Origin: Thermoproteota archaeon
Lineage (GTDB): Archaea > Korarchaeota > Korarchaeia > Korarchaeales > Korarchaeaceae
Direction: 5' to 3'
Assembly: GCA_026986575.1 (NCBI GenBank)
Contig: JALSOH010000006.1
Location: forward strand, 320,001-384,000
Length of the DNA stretch: 64,000 bases
This document shows, in pieces, positions 9,726 through 17,838 of the stretch. Position 1 is the stretch's first letter. Each line of letters starts with the position of its first letter. Below the pieces are notes generated by a model. It did not search any database. It saw nothing but the letters and a program-made list of their open reading frames with translations, and was not told the DNA's origin. Position numbers and translations under genes: made by a program.

Positions 9726-9860
9726 GGGGCCGTGGCCCAGCCTGGCTCTCCCCCCATGATTGGGGGAACGCCCTGGAAAGGTAGGGCGGCGGGCTCCAGT
9801 CATTGGAGCACTGAGGGGGAGACCCGTAGGACGTGGGTTCAAGTCCCACCGGCCCCACCA
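9726..9860 (+). tRNA. trnW: tRNA-Trp(CCA) with two introns (about 9743-9778 in the D-loop; 9800-9821 at 37/38) and encoded CCA end
   Basis: Acceptor GGGGCCG/CGGCCCC+ACCA, D-stem GCCC/GGGC, anticodon stem GCGGG/CCCGT with CT-CCA-G, T-arm GTGGG-TTCAAGT-CCCAC; BHB-like motifs at both insertions; removing 36+22 nt leaves a 77-nt cloverleaf. Confidence 0.92.
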
Positions 9861-9879
9861 CCTCCGTTCTACAGGGGGC

Positions 9880-11331
9880 GTGGTCCCGACGAACATTGCG
9901 GCTGTTAGATCCTTGGACAGGGATGTGAGGGATGCGGTCAAACACACCTTGAACTCACTGGGCCTATTCTGGGAGGAGGTGGATGAACCAGATCCCCTGA
10001 AGCACTCCGTGGCCATATTCCCCGAGGCCACCGAATTCGTCCCCGTAACTATCCCCTCGATATTCGTGGGCGAGACGGCTCTCTCCTACTACGGGGGAGA
10101 TAAGACGGAAGTGAAGAAATCCCCACCTGAGCCTGCAGGCTTCATGGTAGTGGACAGGATAAAGATACCCTACTTCGGAGCCAAGTATGATCTAGAAGGC
10201 GAGAGATTGCTCAGACAGGCCCCTCTCTACTCCAAGGATTCGCACCTCCTCTTGGGATACGACCTCTTCAGGAATGTGAGCTACTTCCTAAAGGGGGCCG
10301 AGTCCTCCTTGGGCATGAAGAGGATAAGGACCAGCGACAGGCGCTTCAACCCCAAGGTCCTGGAGGACCTTAGAGGGGTCCCCGTATCCACCCCTATAGT
10401 TGATATGCATGCTAAGTTCCTCCTCTTCTCCATCCTCCTCCTCCACAAAAGGGAGAGACTCCCTCTCATAATGAAACAAATCCCCCCTTCTGGCTATAAG
10501 GGGGGAATGTCCGTCTCCATTCCCATATACAGGACGGGGCGTTCCGGCCTGAAGTTCGACCTGAGAAGGGTGCTTCGAAGAACGGAATCTTGGATAGAGA
10601 GGTTGATTAAGGGAACCGAGGACCTCACGTTCTTCGTGGGAAGGGGAGAGGACTACACTCCGACTAAGATCAGGGACCTGCTCGTATCGATGGAGGAGAG
10701 CGGTCATGAGGTGGGCCTCTTGGCCTCAGTCAGGGCCTCCATAGATCACATGTCGATGGCCGAGGAGTACGAGGAGGTGGCCACCCTCATAAAGAGGGGG
10801 GGCATAGGGATCAGGTTCAAGGGTATAGCCTCTACTCTAATGGACGCTTGGAAGTCGGCGGTGTACGTCGAGGCGGGATACGTACTTGCAGGCGAGATCG
10901 CTGGGGTATTCGGGTTCCCAATAGGCATCGGATGCCCATTCAAGCCTAACGGCCTTGTCTGGAACATCCCACTCGTGGGGAGGGTCTCTGATAGAGGGTC
11001 AGCTTCGAGAGCAGCGGAGTTTGTGGCCAATTGGGGATGTATGGTGGCAGTCGATGCTATTGACGAGTTATCCATCCTCTCTCTCCTCAGAAACGCTCGC
11101 GAGAGAGGAATATGGGTCGCCCCGCCCAGCACCCTAGTTGAGAGGTTCAGGGCGGTGAGCGACGTGAAGGGGACCTTCAGGTACGATAGGAAGTACTTGG
11201 AGGGTAAGATAGTGCCCTATGGTAATGTGAAAGACCTTCAACTCAGGGTGATAAATCCCGAGGGCAAGGACTCCGTCATGAGGATTGATCTGGAGGCTGG
11301 GAAATCGCACGAGATCAGAATCCCCGTATAG
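9880..11331 (+). CDS. Degenerate polysaccharide deacetylase (NodB-like) fold protein
   Basis: YDLF..VSYFL, PIVD, TFFV, GHEVGL, GF.IG.G.PF.P resemble deacetylase-like families; GTG 9880 chosen because the ORF-track start lies inside the tRNA. Confidence 0.55.
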   Translation: MVPTNIAAVRSLDRDVRDAVKHTLNSLGLFWEEVDEPDPLKHSVAIFPEATEFVPVTIPSIFVGETALSYYGGDKTEVKKSPPEPAGFMVVDRIKIPYFGAKYDLEGERLLRQAPLYSKDSHLLLGYDLFRNVSYFLKGAESSLGMKRIRTSDRRFNPKVLEDLRGVPVSTPIVDMHAKFLLFSILLLHKRERLPLIMKQIPPSGYKGGMSVSIPIYRTGRSGLKFDLRRVLRRTESWIERLIKGTEDLTFFVGRGEDYTPTKIRDLLVSMEESGHEVGLLASVRASIDHMSMAEEYEEVATLIKRGGIGIRFKGIASTLMDAWKSAVYVEAGYVLAGEIAGVFGFPIGIGCPFKPNGLVWNIPLVGRVSDRGSASRAAEFVANWGCMVAVDAIDELSILSLLRNARERGIWVAPPSTLVERFRAVSDVKGTFRYDRKYLEGKIVPYGNVKDLQLRVINPEGKDSVMRIDLEAGKSHEIRIPV

Positions 11332-12181
11332 CCTCTTTAGAAAGCCTGTGGGCTAGTATGAGGGGTAGGGGCTGCTTTCCTTCCCTCCAGAACTTCTTGG
11401 ATATTTCTATACTGCTCTCCAAGTCTATTAGGTGACCCGGGGAGACGAATGCTCTCCCCACAACGGCACCGACCACCCTGCCTTGGAGGAGGACGCGGTC
11501 CCCCTCCAATCTCCCCACCAGCTTAGACTTCGCAACTCCGATGGAGGACTTTCCCAGAAGCAACCCTAGATGTGAAGCCTCCCCTAGCATCCTCGGATGG
11601 GAAAGACCGTGTCCATCCACAAATATCACATCAAAATCACATTTGAGGGCGGAGGGGAGCATACCCCTCAACTCCCTGAAGGCTAGGTAGGTTGGCACAT
11701 AAGGTATTTGGGGTATGAATCTCTCGTAAGCCACCCCGACGATCTCCAATTTGGAATCAACCGAGACACAGGTTGCGACAGCCTCCTCGCTCCCATAACT
11801 GACATCGACACCGGCAGCCACTTCCACTTCTTTCAGGGATCTTAGATCCAGCCTCGAGGAGAGCATTAGCTGAGCCTCCGCCATCAGCCGGAAGACGGGC
11901 CAGGCCCTAATATCGTGGAAGAACTTCCTCTCCCTGAGACGTTCGAGTCCTCCCTCCTCCCTGATTCTCTTCAAGGCTCCTGGAAGTGGTTTACCGTCTG
12001 AGGACACAGCCCTCCACCAGGGAACATGAGGTGCGAGGTTAGACAACCTCAGGCACTCATTTCTCACAGCGAGAGCGGCCCTGACATCCCCAAGGGCTGA
12101 GGCTATGTCACCGAATGAAGATACCCTACCCGGGGGGATGCTCTGCAAGGCCTCAGCAAGTATCTCTTGGAAGCGCGTCAG
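11315..12181 (-). CDS. nfi: Alkyltransferase-like (ATL/AGT DNA-binding) domain fused to endonuclease V
   Basis: N-term TRFQ...IPPGRVSSFGDIA...PWWRAV; C-term GVDVSY, PYVPTYLAFRE, VDGHG..HPR..G.ASHLG, GVAKS, SPGH, AH; probable CTG start at 12181. Confidence 0.88.
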   Translation of the reverse strand: MTRFQEILAEALQSIPPGRVSSFGDIASALGDVRAALAVRNECLRLSNLAPHVPWWRAVSSDGKPLPGALKRIREEGGLERLRERKFFHDIRAWPVFRLMAEAQLMLSSRLDLRSLKEVEVAAGVDVSYGSEEAVATCVSVDSKLEIVGVAYERFIPQIPYVPTYLAFRELRGMLPSALKCDFDVIFVDGHGLSHPRMLGEASHLGLLLGKSSIGVAKSKLVGRLEGDRVLLQGRVVGAVVGRAFVSPGHLIDLESSIEISKKFWREGKQPLPLILAHRLSKEAIRGF

Positions 12182-12228
12182 CCTGATCCCTCACCACCGT
12201 TTTAAATAACGAACCCAAAGTTAAAGGG

Positions 12229-14139
12229 ATGATCACAGACCCACTCGGCTCCATGAAATCAGCTCTAGCTGGTGAAGTGAATAAAGCCCTCTCAGAGATG
12301 GAGGTGGAGGAGTCCTTCTCCTCCCTCCAAGTGGCTCGATCCCCTAAGGATACCGATGTCTATGGACTACCGGTCGGATTTAAAATAGCTAGATACTTGA
12401 AGAGGAAGCCGGAGGAAGCGGCGCTTTTAGTGGCTGAGAGGATAGATGCCTCCAGCATACCGTATACTGAGGAAGTGAGGGTTGAAAATGGATACCTTAA
12501 CGTGAGGATTTCTCGTGAGGTCCTCTTCAAGGATGTCCTCTACCTGGCGTCTAGGGAGGAGCTGGGCAGGGGGGAGAGGAAGGGAGAGAGGCTCATGGTG
12601 GAGCACACCAGCGTAAACCCAGTGCATCCCCTACACGTAGGCAGCGGGAGGAACGCTATAATAGGCGACTCCTTCGCCCGAATATTGGACTTCCTAGGCT
12701 GGGATGTTAGGAGGCACTATCTAGTGAACGATTGTAACCTGCAAGTCGCGATACTAGCAGCTGGCAGGTCCAAGATGAGGCATCTCAAACCGAAGGGGAA
12801 GCTGGATCACTGGTTCGGTCTAATATACGCCATGGCTAATGCGGTACTGGAGATAAACAGGATCAAGAGAGGTGAATCCGAGGAGGGGAATCTGAAGGAG
12901 TGGGAGGAGACCATAGAAAGGGTTAGAGCCCAAGATCCTGAGATAGCCGGGGGACTAGCCGAGCTTGACGACCGCTACGTCATGGATCTCCTGAAGAGGT
13001 ATCAGTCCGGGGACCCCGATGCGAGGGAGGTCTTCAGGGAAGTTGCGGAGTCGGTCCTTAGAGGTTTTCTCCAGACCTTGGGCAGGATGGGCATAGCCTA
13101 CGATCAGTTCGACTGGGAGAGCGAGCTCATATGGAAGAGTTGGGTGAGGAAATCCCTAGAGAAGCTAGAATCCTCCGGTTATCTGGGTAGGGACGGTGAA
13201 GCGATATACGTTGATCTCGGGAGGGCGATCAGGGAGAGAGAGGATGTCAGGAGGATATTCGGGCTGACGGAAGACGAGATAAGGAAATTAGAGGAGGAAG
13301 GCAGGCTGGAGGAGGTGGTTCCTGTGAGGTTCTACCTCACCAGATCGGACGGTACGTGGCTGTATACGGGAACGGATGTAGCTTACTCTCTCTTTAAGGT
13401 GGAGGCTACCGATGTCAGGAGGTGCTATAACGTGATCGCCACTGAGCAGACCTTAGAGCAGAAGGAGGTGAGGGCGAGCCTCGCCCTGATGGGCTACGAT
13501 CCGGACTTCCTTGTACACTTCGCTTACGAGATGGTCAACTTGGTCGGGGTGAGGATGTCTGGAAGGAAGGCCCTCTATATAACGTTAGACGATCTCTTGA
13601 ACGAGGCGAAGGCCAAGGTGATGAAGATACTTGAGGAGAGGGGGATGAGCAGGGATCCGGAGATAGAGGAGATAGCAGAGAGAGTAGCTGTAGGCGCCCT
13701 GAAGTATGCCTTGATCAATGTCTCCCCGACCAAGGTGGTCCAGTTTAGATGGGAGAGGGTCCTAGACTTCGAGACGAACAGTGGGCCCTTCGTCCAGTAC
13801 TCCTACACTAGGGCCCATAACATCCTGAAAAAGGCAGGAGAGATCCCTGAATCCTTCGATCCGTCCGAATTATCGTCCGATCTGGAGGTATCCCTAGTTT
13901 ACATGCTGGCAGAGTTCCCGGAGAAGGTGAGGAGTGCTTACCAGCTTCTAAGACCGGATCTGATCTCCCAATACGCTAATGAGCTGGCCTCGAACTTCAA
14001 TAAGTTCTACGAGACCCATCCGGTTATCAACGCTCCTAAGGGAACGAGGGAAGCTAGGATGTGGCTCGTCATGGGAGTGAGAGGTGTCCTAGGGAAGGCG
14101 CTAGACCTCATTGGCGTGCCAAGGCTGGAGAGGATGTAA
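12229..14139 (+). CDS. argS: Arginine--tRNA ligase
   Basis: VEHTSVNPVHPLHVGSGRN, RSDGT.LY, MSGRK, GPFVQYSYTRA, DALR-type C-terminus. Confidence 0.95.
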   Translation: MITDPLGSMKSALAGEVNKALSEMEVEESFSSLQVARSPKDTDVYGLPVGFKIARYLKRKPEEAALLVAERIDASSIPYTEEVRVENGYLNVRISREVLFKDVLYLASREELGRGERKGERLMVEHTSVNPVHPLHVGSGRNAIIGDSFARILDFLGWDVRRHYLVNDCNLQVAILAAGRSKMRHLKPKGKLDHWFGLIYAMANAVLEINRIKRGESEEGNLKEWEETIERVRAQDPEIAGGLAELDDRYVMDLLKRYQSGDPDAREVFREVAESVLRGFLQTLGRMGIAYDQFDWESELIWKSWVRKSLEKLESSGYLGRDGEAIYVDLGRAIREREDVRRIFGLTEDEIRKLEEEGRLEEVVPVRFYLTRSDGTWLYTGTDVAYSLFKVEATDVRRCYNVIATEQTLEQKEVRASLALMGYDPDFLVHFAYEMVNLVGVRMSGRKALYITLDDLLNEAKAKVMKILEERGMSRDPEIEEIAERVAVGALKYALINVSPTKVVQFRWERVLDFETNSGPFVQYSYTRAHNILKKAGEIPESFDPSELSSDLEVSLVYMLAEFPEKVRSAYQLLRPDLISQYANELASNFNKFYETHPVINAPKGTREARMWLVMGVRGVLGKALDLIGVPRLERM

Positions 14140-14146
14140 AACACCC

Positions 14147-14839
14147 TCATCCCCTAGTTCTCTTCATCTCATTGGTCTTGGCGTACTCGCACACGTCCCT
14201 GAGGGGGCACTCCTCGCACTTAGGGTTCTTCGGACGGCAGTACACCCTTCCCAACTTTATCAGGAGGAGATGCGCCCTCAAGTAATCTTCTGGATCGAAC
14301 AACCTCATCAGCGACCCTCTTATCTCCTCGTAATCGTCACTATTTGCTAGACCCAGTCTGACTGCCACCCTAGTGATGTGTCTGTCCACCGCCATGGTGG
14401 GTTTCCTCCCAGTTACGCTGAGTAACACATCAGCGGTCTTGGGTCCGACACCAGGAAGGCTGATCAGCTCCCTCCTAGCCTCCTCAAGATCCTTCTCCAG
14501 TATTCTCTCTAGTCTGCCACCGCTTAGGAGGGAGGCAACCCTTTTGATGACCCTCGCTTTCTGTCTATAAAGGCCCGCTGGTCTCAGGGCATCCTCCAGC
14601 TCCCTCAAGCTGAGTTTCTCTATCCTCTCAGGATCTATCCTACCAAGAATCTCCTTCAATCTCTTCATGGCCTTCGCAGTGTTCTTATCGTTGGTGTTCT
14701 GGGAGACTATGGTCGTTACCAGCACCTCAAATGGGTTTCTGGACTTGCTGGCCATAAGGGAGACGAACTCCTCCTCTCTGAAGTCTAAAGCTTCCTCCAG
14801 CCTTCTCAGGATCGCCTTCCCATCCACACGCTCGATCAA
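14147..14839 (-). CDS. nth: Endonuclease III (HhH-GPD glycosylase/AP lyase, 4Fe-4S)
   Basis: SQNTND, LPGVGPKTA, VDRH, C-X6-C-X2-C-X5-C. Confidence 0.93.
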   Translation of the reverse strand: MIERVDGKAILRRLEEALDFREEEFVSLMASKSRNPFEVLVTTIVSQNTNDKNTAKAMKRLKEILGRIDPERIEKLSLRELEDALRPAGLYRQKARVIKRVASLLSGGRLERILEKDLEEARRELISLPGVGPKTADVLLSVTGRKPTMAVDRHITRVAVRLGLANSDDYEEIRGSLMRLFDPEDYLRAHLLLIKLGRVYCRPKNPKCEECPLRDVCEYAKTNEMKRTRG

Positions 14840-15219
14840 CTCAACTCCTCCTTCAGCTTGGAAGCGAACCTCTTCTCATTAACTATGAAGCGGTGATGCT
14901 CTCCCTCACCTATGAGCTTCCCCTTCCAGTAGACTTCGACCCTGAAGACCAGCTTCCTCTCATCTACGTCAACGAGGATCGCCTTCACCTTGACCTCACC
15001 ACCGACTGGAGCAGGAGCCCTGTGGAACACGCACACGTACGTGCCCACGGTGGTGTAACCTTTCTCCAAGTAAGGCTCCACGGTTCTGTGGCACGAGATC
15101 TCCATAAGAGCTATCATGCTGGGGGTGGAGAGGACCCCGATCCCTAAATGGCCCGCGGCCATGTTCTCCTCAACTAGGTAAGTGAACTCGCCAGTAAGGC
15201 CGGGCCTCACACCTGACAT
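14836..15219 (-). CDS. Hot-dog thioesterase (FlK-like)
   Basis: VLSTPSMIALME, TVGT.V.V.H.APAPVG, IGEGEH.RFIV. Confidence 0.85.
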   Translation of the reverse strand: MSGVRPGLTGEFTYLVEENMAAGHLGIGVLSTPSMIALMEISCHRTVEPYLEKGYTTVGTYVCVFHRAPAPVGGEVKVKAILVDVDERKLVFRVEVYWKGKLIGEGEHHRFIVNEKRFASKLKEELS

Positions 15220-15223
15220 CGCT

Positions 15224-16648
15224 TCACCTCCTCAGGAGCGGAATCATCATTATGAGGGTGGACACCAAGAGGATGAACAGGGTAGGCGGGAGCCCGAATA
15301 TAGGTGTAATCAAAGACTTCCTCGCACCGTGCAGCAGGGCCCAGTACAGACCTATCAGGAATCCGGAGGCGAGAGATGCTGCCGCGGCGTAGCCCATTAC
15401 CCTGCTCCTCCTACCGTAGAACCATCCGATCAGGGTGACTGGGGCTAGAGGAAGTAGCAGCGCCGATGCAAGCACGGATAGATCTACTATGAAGCCTATC
15501 TTCAGGTAGGCCACGTAGCTCAGGACGAGCAGCAGGGCGAGGATGGAGATCCTACCTAAATTTACCGCTGTCCTGTCCTCTCCTCCTAGGTAATGCTGGT
15601 ATACGTCCCTTGAGGCGGTGGAGGAGAGGGCTAGGACTATCGCATCCATGGTGGTTATCGCGGCGGCCACGATGGAGGTGAAGACGAAGACGGCAAGGGG
15701 GAGGGGGGCGTAGCCGAGAAGCGAGGGAGTGACCTGATCGCCCACCTTGATGACGGGGAGGCGCCCGACTTCGGTCAGGGCTCTGCTTGCGATCCCAATT
15801 ACCGTTACTATGACCGTGTATGAGAGGCCGAATAGGGTGAAAAGGGTGATGAGTCTCCTCAGGGCCCTCTCGTCCTTGGGTGTGTACAGCTTCTGGACCA
15901 CTTGGGGGTTGGTCACTGCAAAGAAAGCCCAAGGAATAGAGTAGGACACGAAGACTAGGGGAGACCATTTCATACCTAGGAGACCCTTCTCAGCCATTCT
16001 GGCTGTGCCGCTCGCTATGTCCGATCCACCCCACAGGAAGAGCCATACCACGAATCCGATGGCGGCAAGTATCATCCACAGGCCTTGGTACAGGTCGGTA
16101 GAAGCAAGGCTCCACATCCCAGACAGCCCCGTCCATATCAGAGCTGCAACCACTCCCAACAGGATACCGAGCCAGTAGAGACCGGGGGCCATTCCCTCAA
16201 CCATTCTGCCGACGGCTATGAGCTGGGCCGAGGCGTAGGGTATTAGGGCTAGGAGGTACATGGCTGCCACGATGAGAGAGAGTGGCTTCAGGCCGTACAG
16301 GTCTGAGATCATCTCAGCTGGGCTCACCCAGTTCCTTTCCTTGGCTAACTTCCAGACCTTGGGTGCGACGTAGCTTAGGAGGAACATGGTGGATAGGAGG
16401 TAGGTTATCTCGAACCCGAAAGCTCCCACTCCTGTCGCGTATGTGAGCCCGACCAGTCCCACCATCATGAAAGCTGAGTAGGTGGTCGCTGCGTAGGATA
16501 TAGCAGCTAGTATGCCGCCCAGCCTATGGCCCGCCACGTAGTAATCGCTCGTGGTCTTTATTCCCACCCTCCTAGATAGGAGGGCTATAATCGTCCCCAC
16601 CAGCAGGTAGAGGGTCAGGGTGATCACCGCTGCGGCCAGCTCCTCCAT
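15224..16648 (-). CDS. Sodium:solute symporter family protein
   Basis: DYYVAGH, ATTYSAF..VG..G, TD..QG, AAAITTMD; ~13 TM segments. Confidence 0.9.
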   Translation of the reverse strand: MEELAAAVITLTLYLLVGTIIALLSRRVGIKTTSDYYVAGHRLGGILAAISYAATTYSAFMMVGLVGLTYATGVGAFGFEITYLLSTMFLLSYVAPKVWKLAKERNWVSPAEMISDLYGLKPLSLIVAAMYLLALIPYASAQLIAVGRMVEGMAPGLYWLGILLGVVAALIWTGLSGMWSLASTDLYQGLWMILAAIGFVVWLFLWGGSDIASGTARMAEKGLLGMKWSPLVFVSYSIPWAFFAVTNPQVVQKLYTPKDERALRRLITLFTLFGLSYTVIVTVIGIASRALTEVGRLPVIKVGDQVTPSLLGYAPLPLAVFVFTSIVAAAITTMDAIVLALSSTASRDVYQHYLGGEDRTAVNLGRISILALLLVLSYVAYLKIGFIVDLSVLASALLLPLAPVTLIGWFYGRRSRVMGYAAAASLASGFLIGLYWALLHGARKSLITPIFGLPPTLFILLVSTLIMMIPLLRR

Positions 16649-16818
16649 GAGACATCCCCCCTAAGGTAGATCAAGGTGACTGCGAAGTGAACCAGCGTGA
16701 GAGCCAGCCAGAACGCGTACAGCGAGAGATCCCTGCATTCCCTGAGTACGAGGTAAGGCACCATGTAGGATAAGGTTAAGACAAGCAAGCTCCACGCCAG
16801 ATAGGCCTTGTCCCTCAT
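16624..16818 (-). CDS. Small 2-TM membrane protein, typical accessory of solute:sodium symporters
   Basis: Two hydrophobic segments; lies directly upstream of and overlaps the symporter gene. Confidence 0.65.
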   Translation of the reverse strand: MRDKAYLAWSLLVLTLSYMVPYLVLRECRDLSLYAFWLALTLVHFAVTLIYLRGDVSWRSWPQR

Positions 16819-17072
16819 ACCAACTCCCTCAGGTACTCATAAAACCTAAGCAAACCCTCCCTACCCACCGGTTCGTAGTCGACGTTCTCTATCACCCTTA
16901 CATGGTTGATACATGGTTGAAGGATACCTTAAACTCTTCCAGCACCCTCGCATGGATCTCGGCCATCCTGTTCAATTCATCGCATCCACAGCTCCTGAGT
17001 AGCCTGTTCACGATCAGAGCCCTGACCTTTATGCCCATCCCCACCCTTTCCCCAGAAGCTGACGAGCCTCAT
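16815..17072 (-). pseudogene. Internally deleted, frameshifted ArsA/GET3-family ATPase remnant
   Basis: ATG 17072 gives MRLVSFWGKGG (P-loop start), joined out of frame to MGIKVRALIVNRLL..CGC..RMAEIHARVLEEF..VRVIE..DYEPVG and GLLRFYEYLRELV*; 11-nt tandem duplication at 16899-16920. Confidence 0.7.
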
Positions 17073-17124
17073 CTGGAATGAGGGTGCCTTACAAGATTTA
17101 ACAGATAATAATAAAAATTAGGAT

Positions 17125-17838
17125 TTAGAGACCCAGATAGGCCTTCTTTATCCTCTCACTACCCTCCAACTCTTCCTTAGGACCCGACAGGACTATTCTC
17201 CCCTGCTCTATCACGTAGCCATAGTCCGCTATCTCTAGGGACATGTGCACATTCTGCTCAACTAGAAAGACGGTGAGCTTCTCGTCGTCCCTTAGCTTCC
17301 TGACCACATTCATTATCTCGCCAACCAGCTTGGGTGCTAGCCCTAAGGAGGGCTCGTCCATGAGCAGAATCTTCGGATCCGCCATGAGGGCCCTCCCGAT
17401 GGCGAGCATCTGCTGCTCTCCGCCACTCAGAGTACCGGCCAGCTGGTCTCTCCTCTCCCTCAACCTCGGAAACAGGCTGTACACCAAATCCAAGCTACTG
17501 TTGAACTTATCCCTCGCTCTCTTGGTGTAAGCGCCCAGCTCAAGGTTCTCGAAGACCGTGAGCTCGGGCCAGAGCCTCCTGCCCTCAGGAACCATCACTA
17601 TCCCCAACTCGACCCTCTTGTGTGCCGGGAGCTTGGTCACATCCTCGCCCCCCAGCAGGATCTGGCCCTTCCAGGGCGGAAGAATGCCACTGGTGACCCT
17701 GAGCGTGGTGGTTTTCCCTGCACCGTTGCTCCCTAGCATGACTGTTATGATACCCTCGTCGGCCTGCAGGTTTATGTCCCAGAGGACTTGAGTCTCACCA
17801 TATCCAGCATCTATGTCCTTTAACTCAAGAAGAGCCAT
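17125..17838 (-). CDS. livF: Branched-chain amino acid ABC transporter ATPase
   Basis: GSNGAGKTT, VPEGRR, LSGGEQQMLAIGRALM, DEPSLGLAP, VEQN. Confidence 0.93.
   Translation of the reverse strand: MALLELKDIDAGYGETQVLWDINLQADEGIITVMLGSNGAGKTTTLRVTSGILPPWKGQILLGGEDVTKLPAHKRVELGIVMVPEGRRLWPELTVFENLELGAYTKRARDKFNSSLDLVYSLFPRLRERRDQLAGTLSGGEQQMLAIGRALMADPKILLMDEPSLGLAPKLVGEIMNVVRKLRDDEKLTVFLVEQNVHMSLEIADYGYVIEQGRIVLSGPKEELEGSERIKKAYLGL

Noticed and set aside
9760-9879. ORF-track N-terminal extension of the 523-aa ORF and antisense ORFs 9684-10031 and 9706-9945
   Set aside because: They overlap the tRNA-Trp gene; the real CDS most likely starts at GTG 9880
9840-11331. Possible integrated element at the tRNA 3' end
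   Set aside because: No integrase, no duplicated tRNA 3' end seen in the window, no obvious compositional shift
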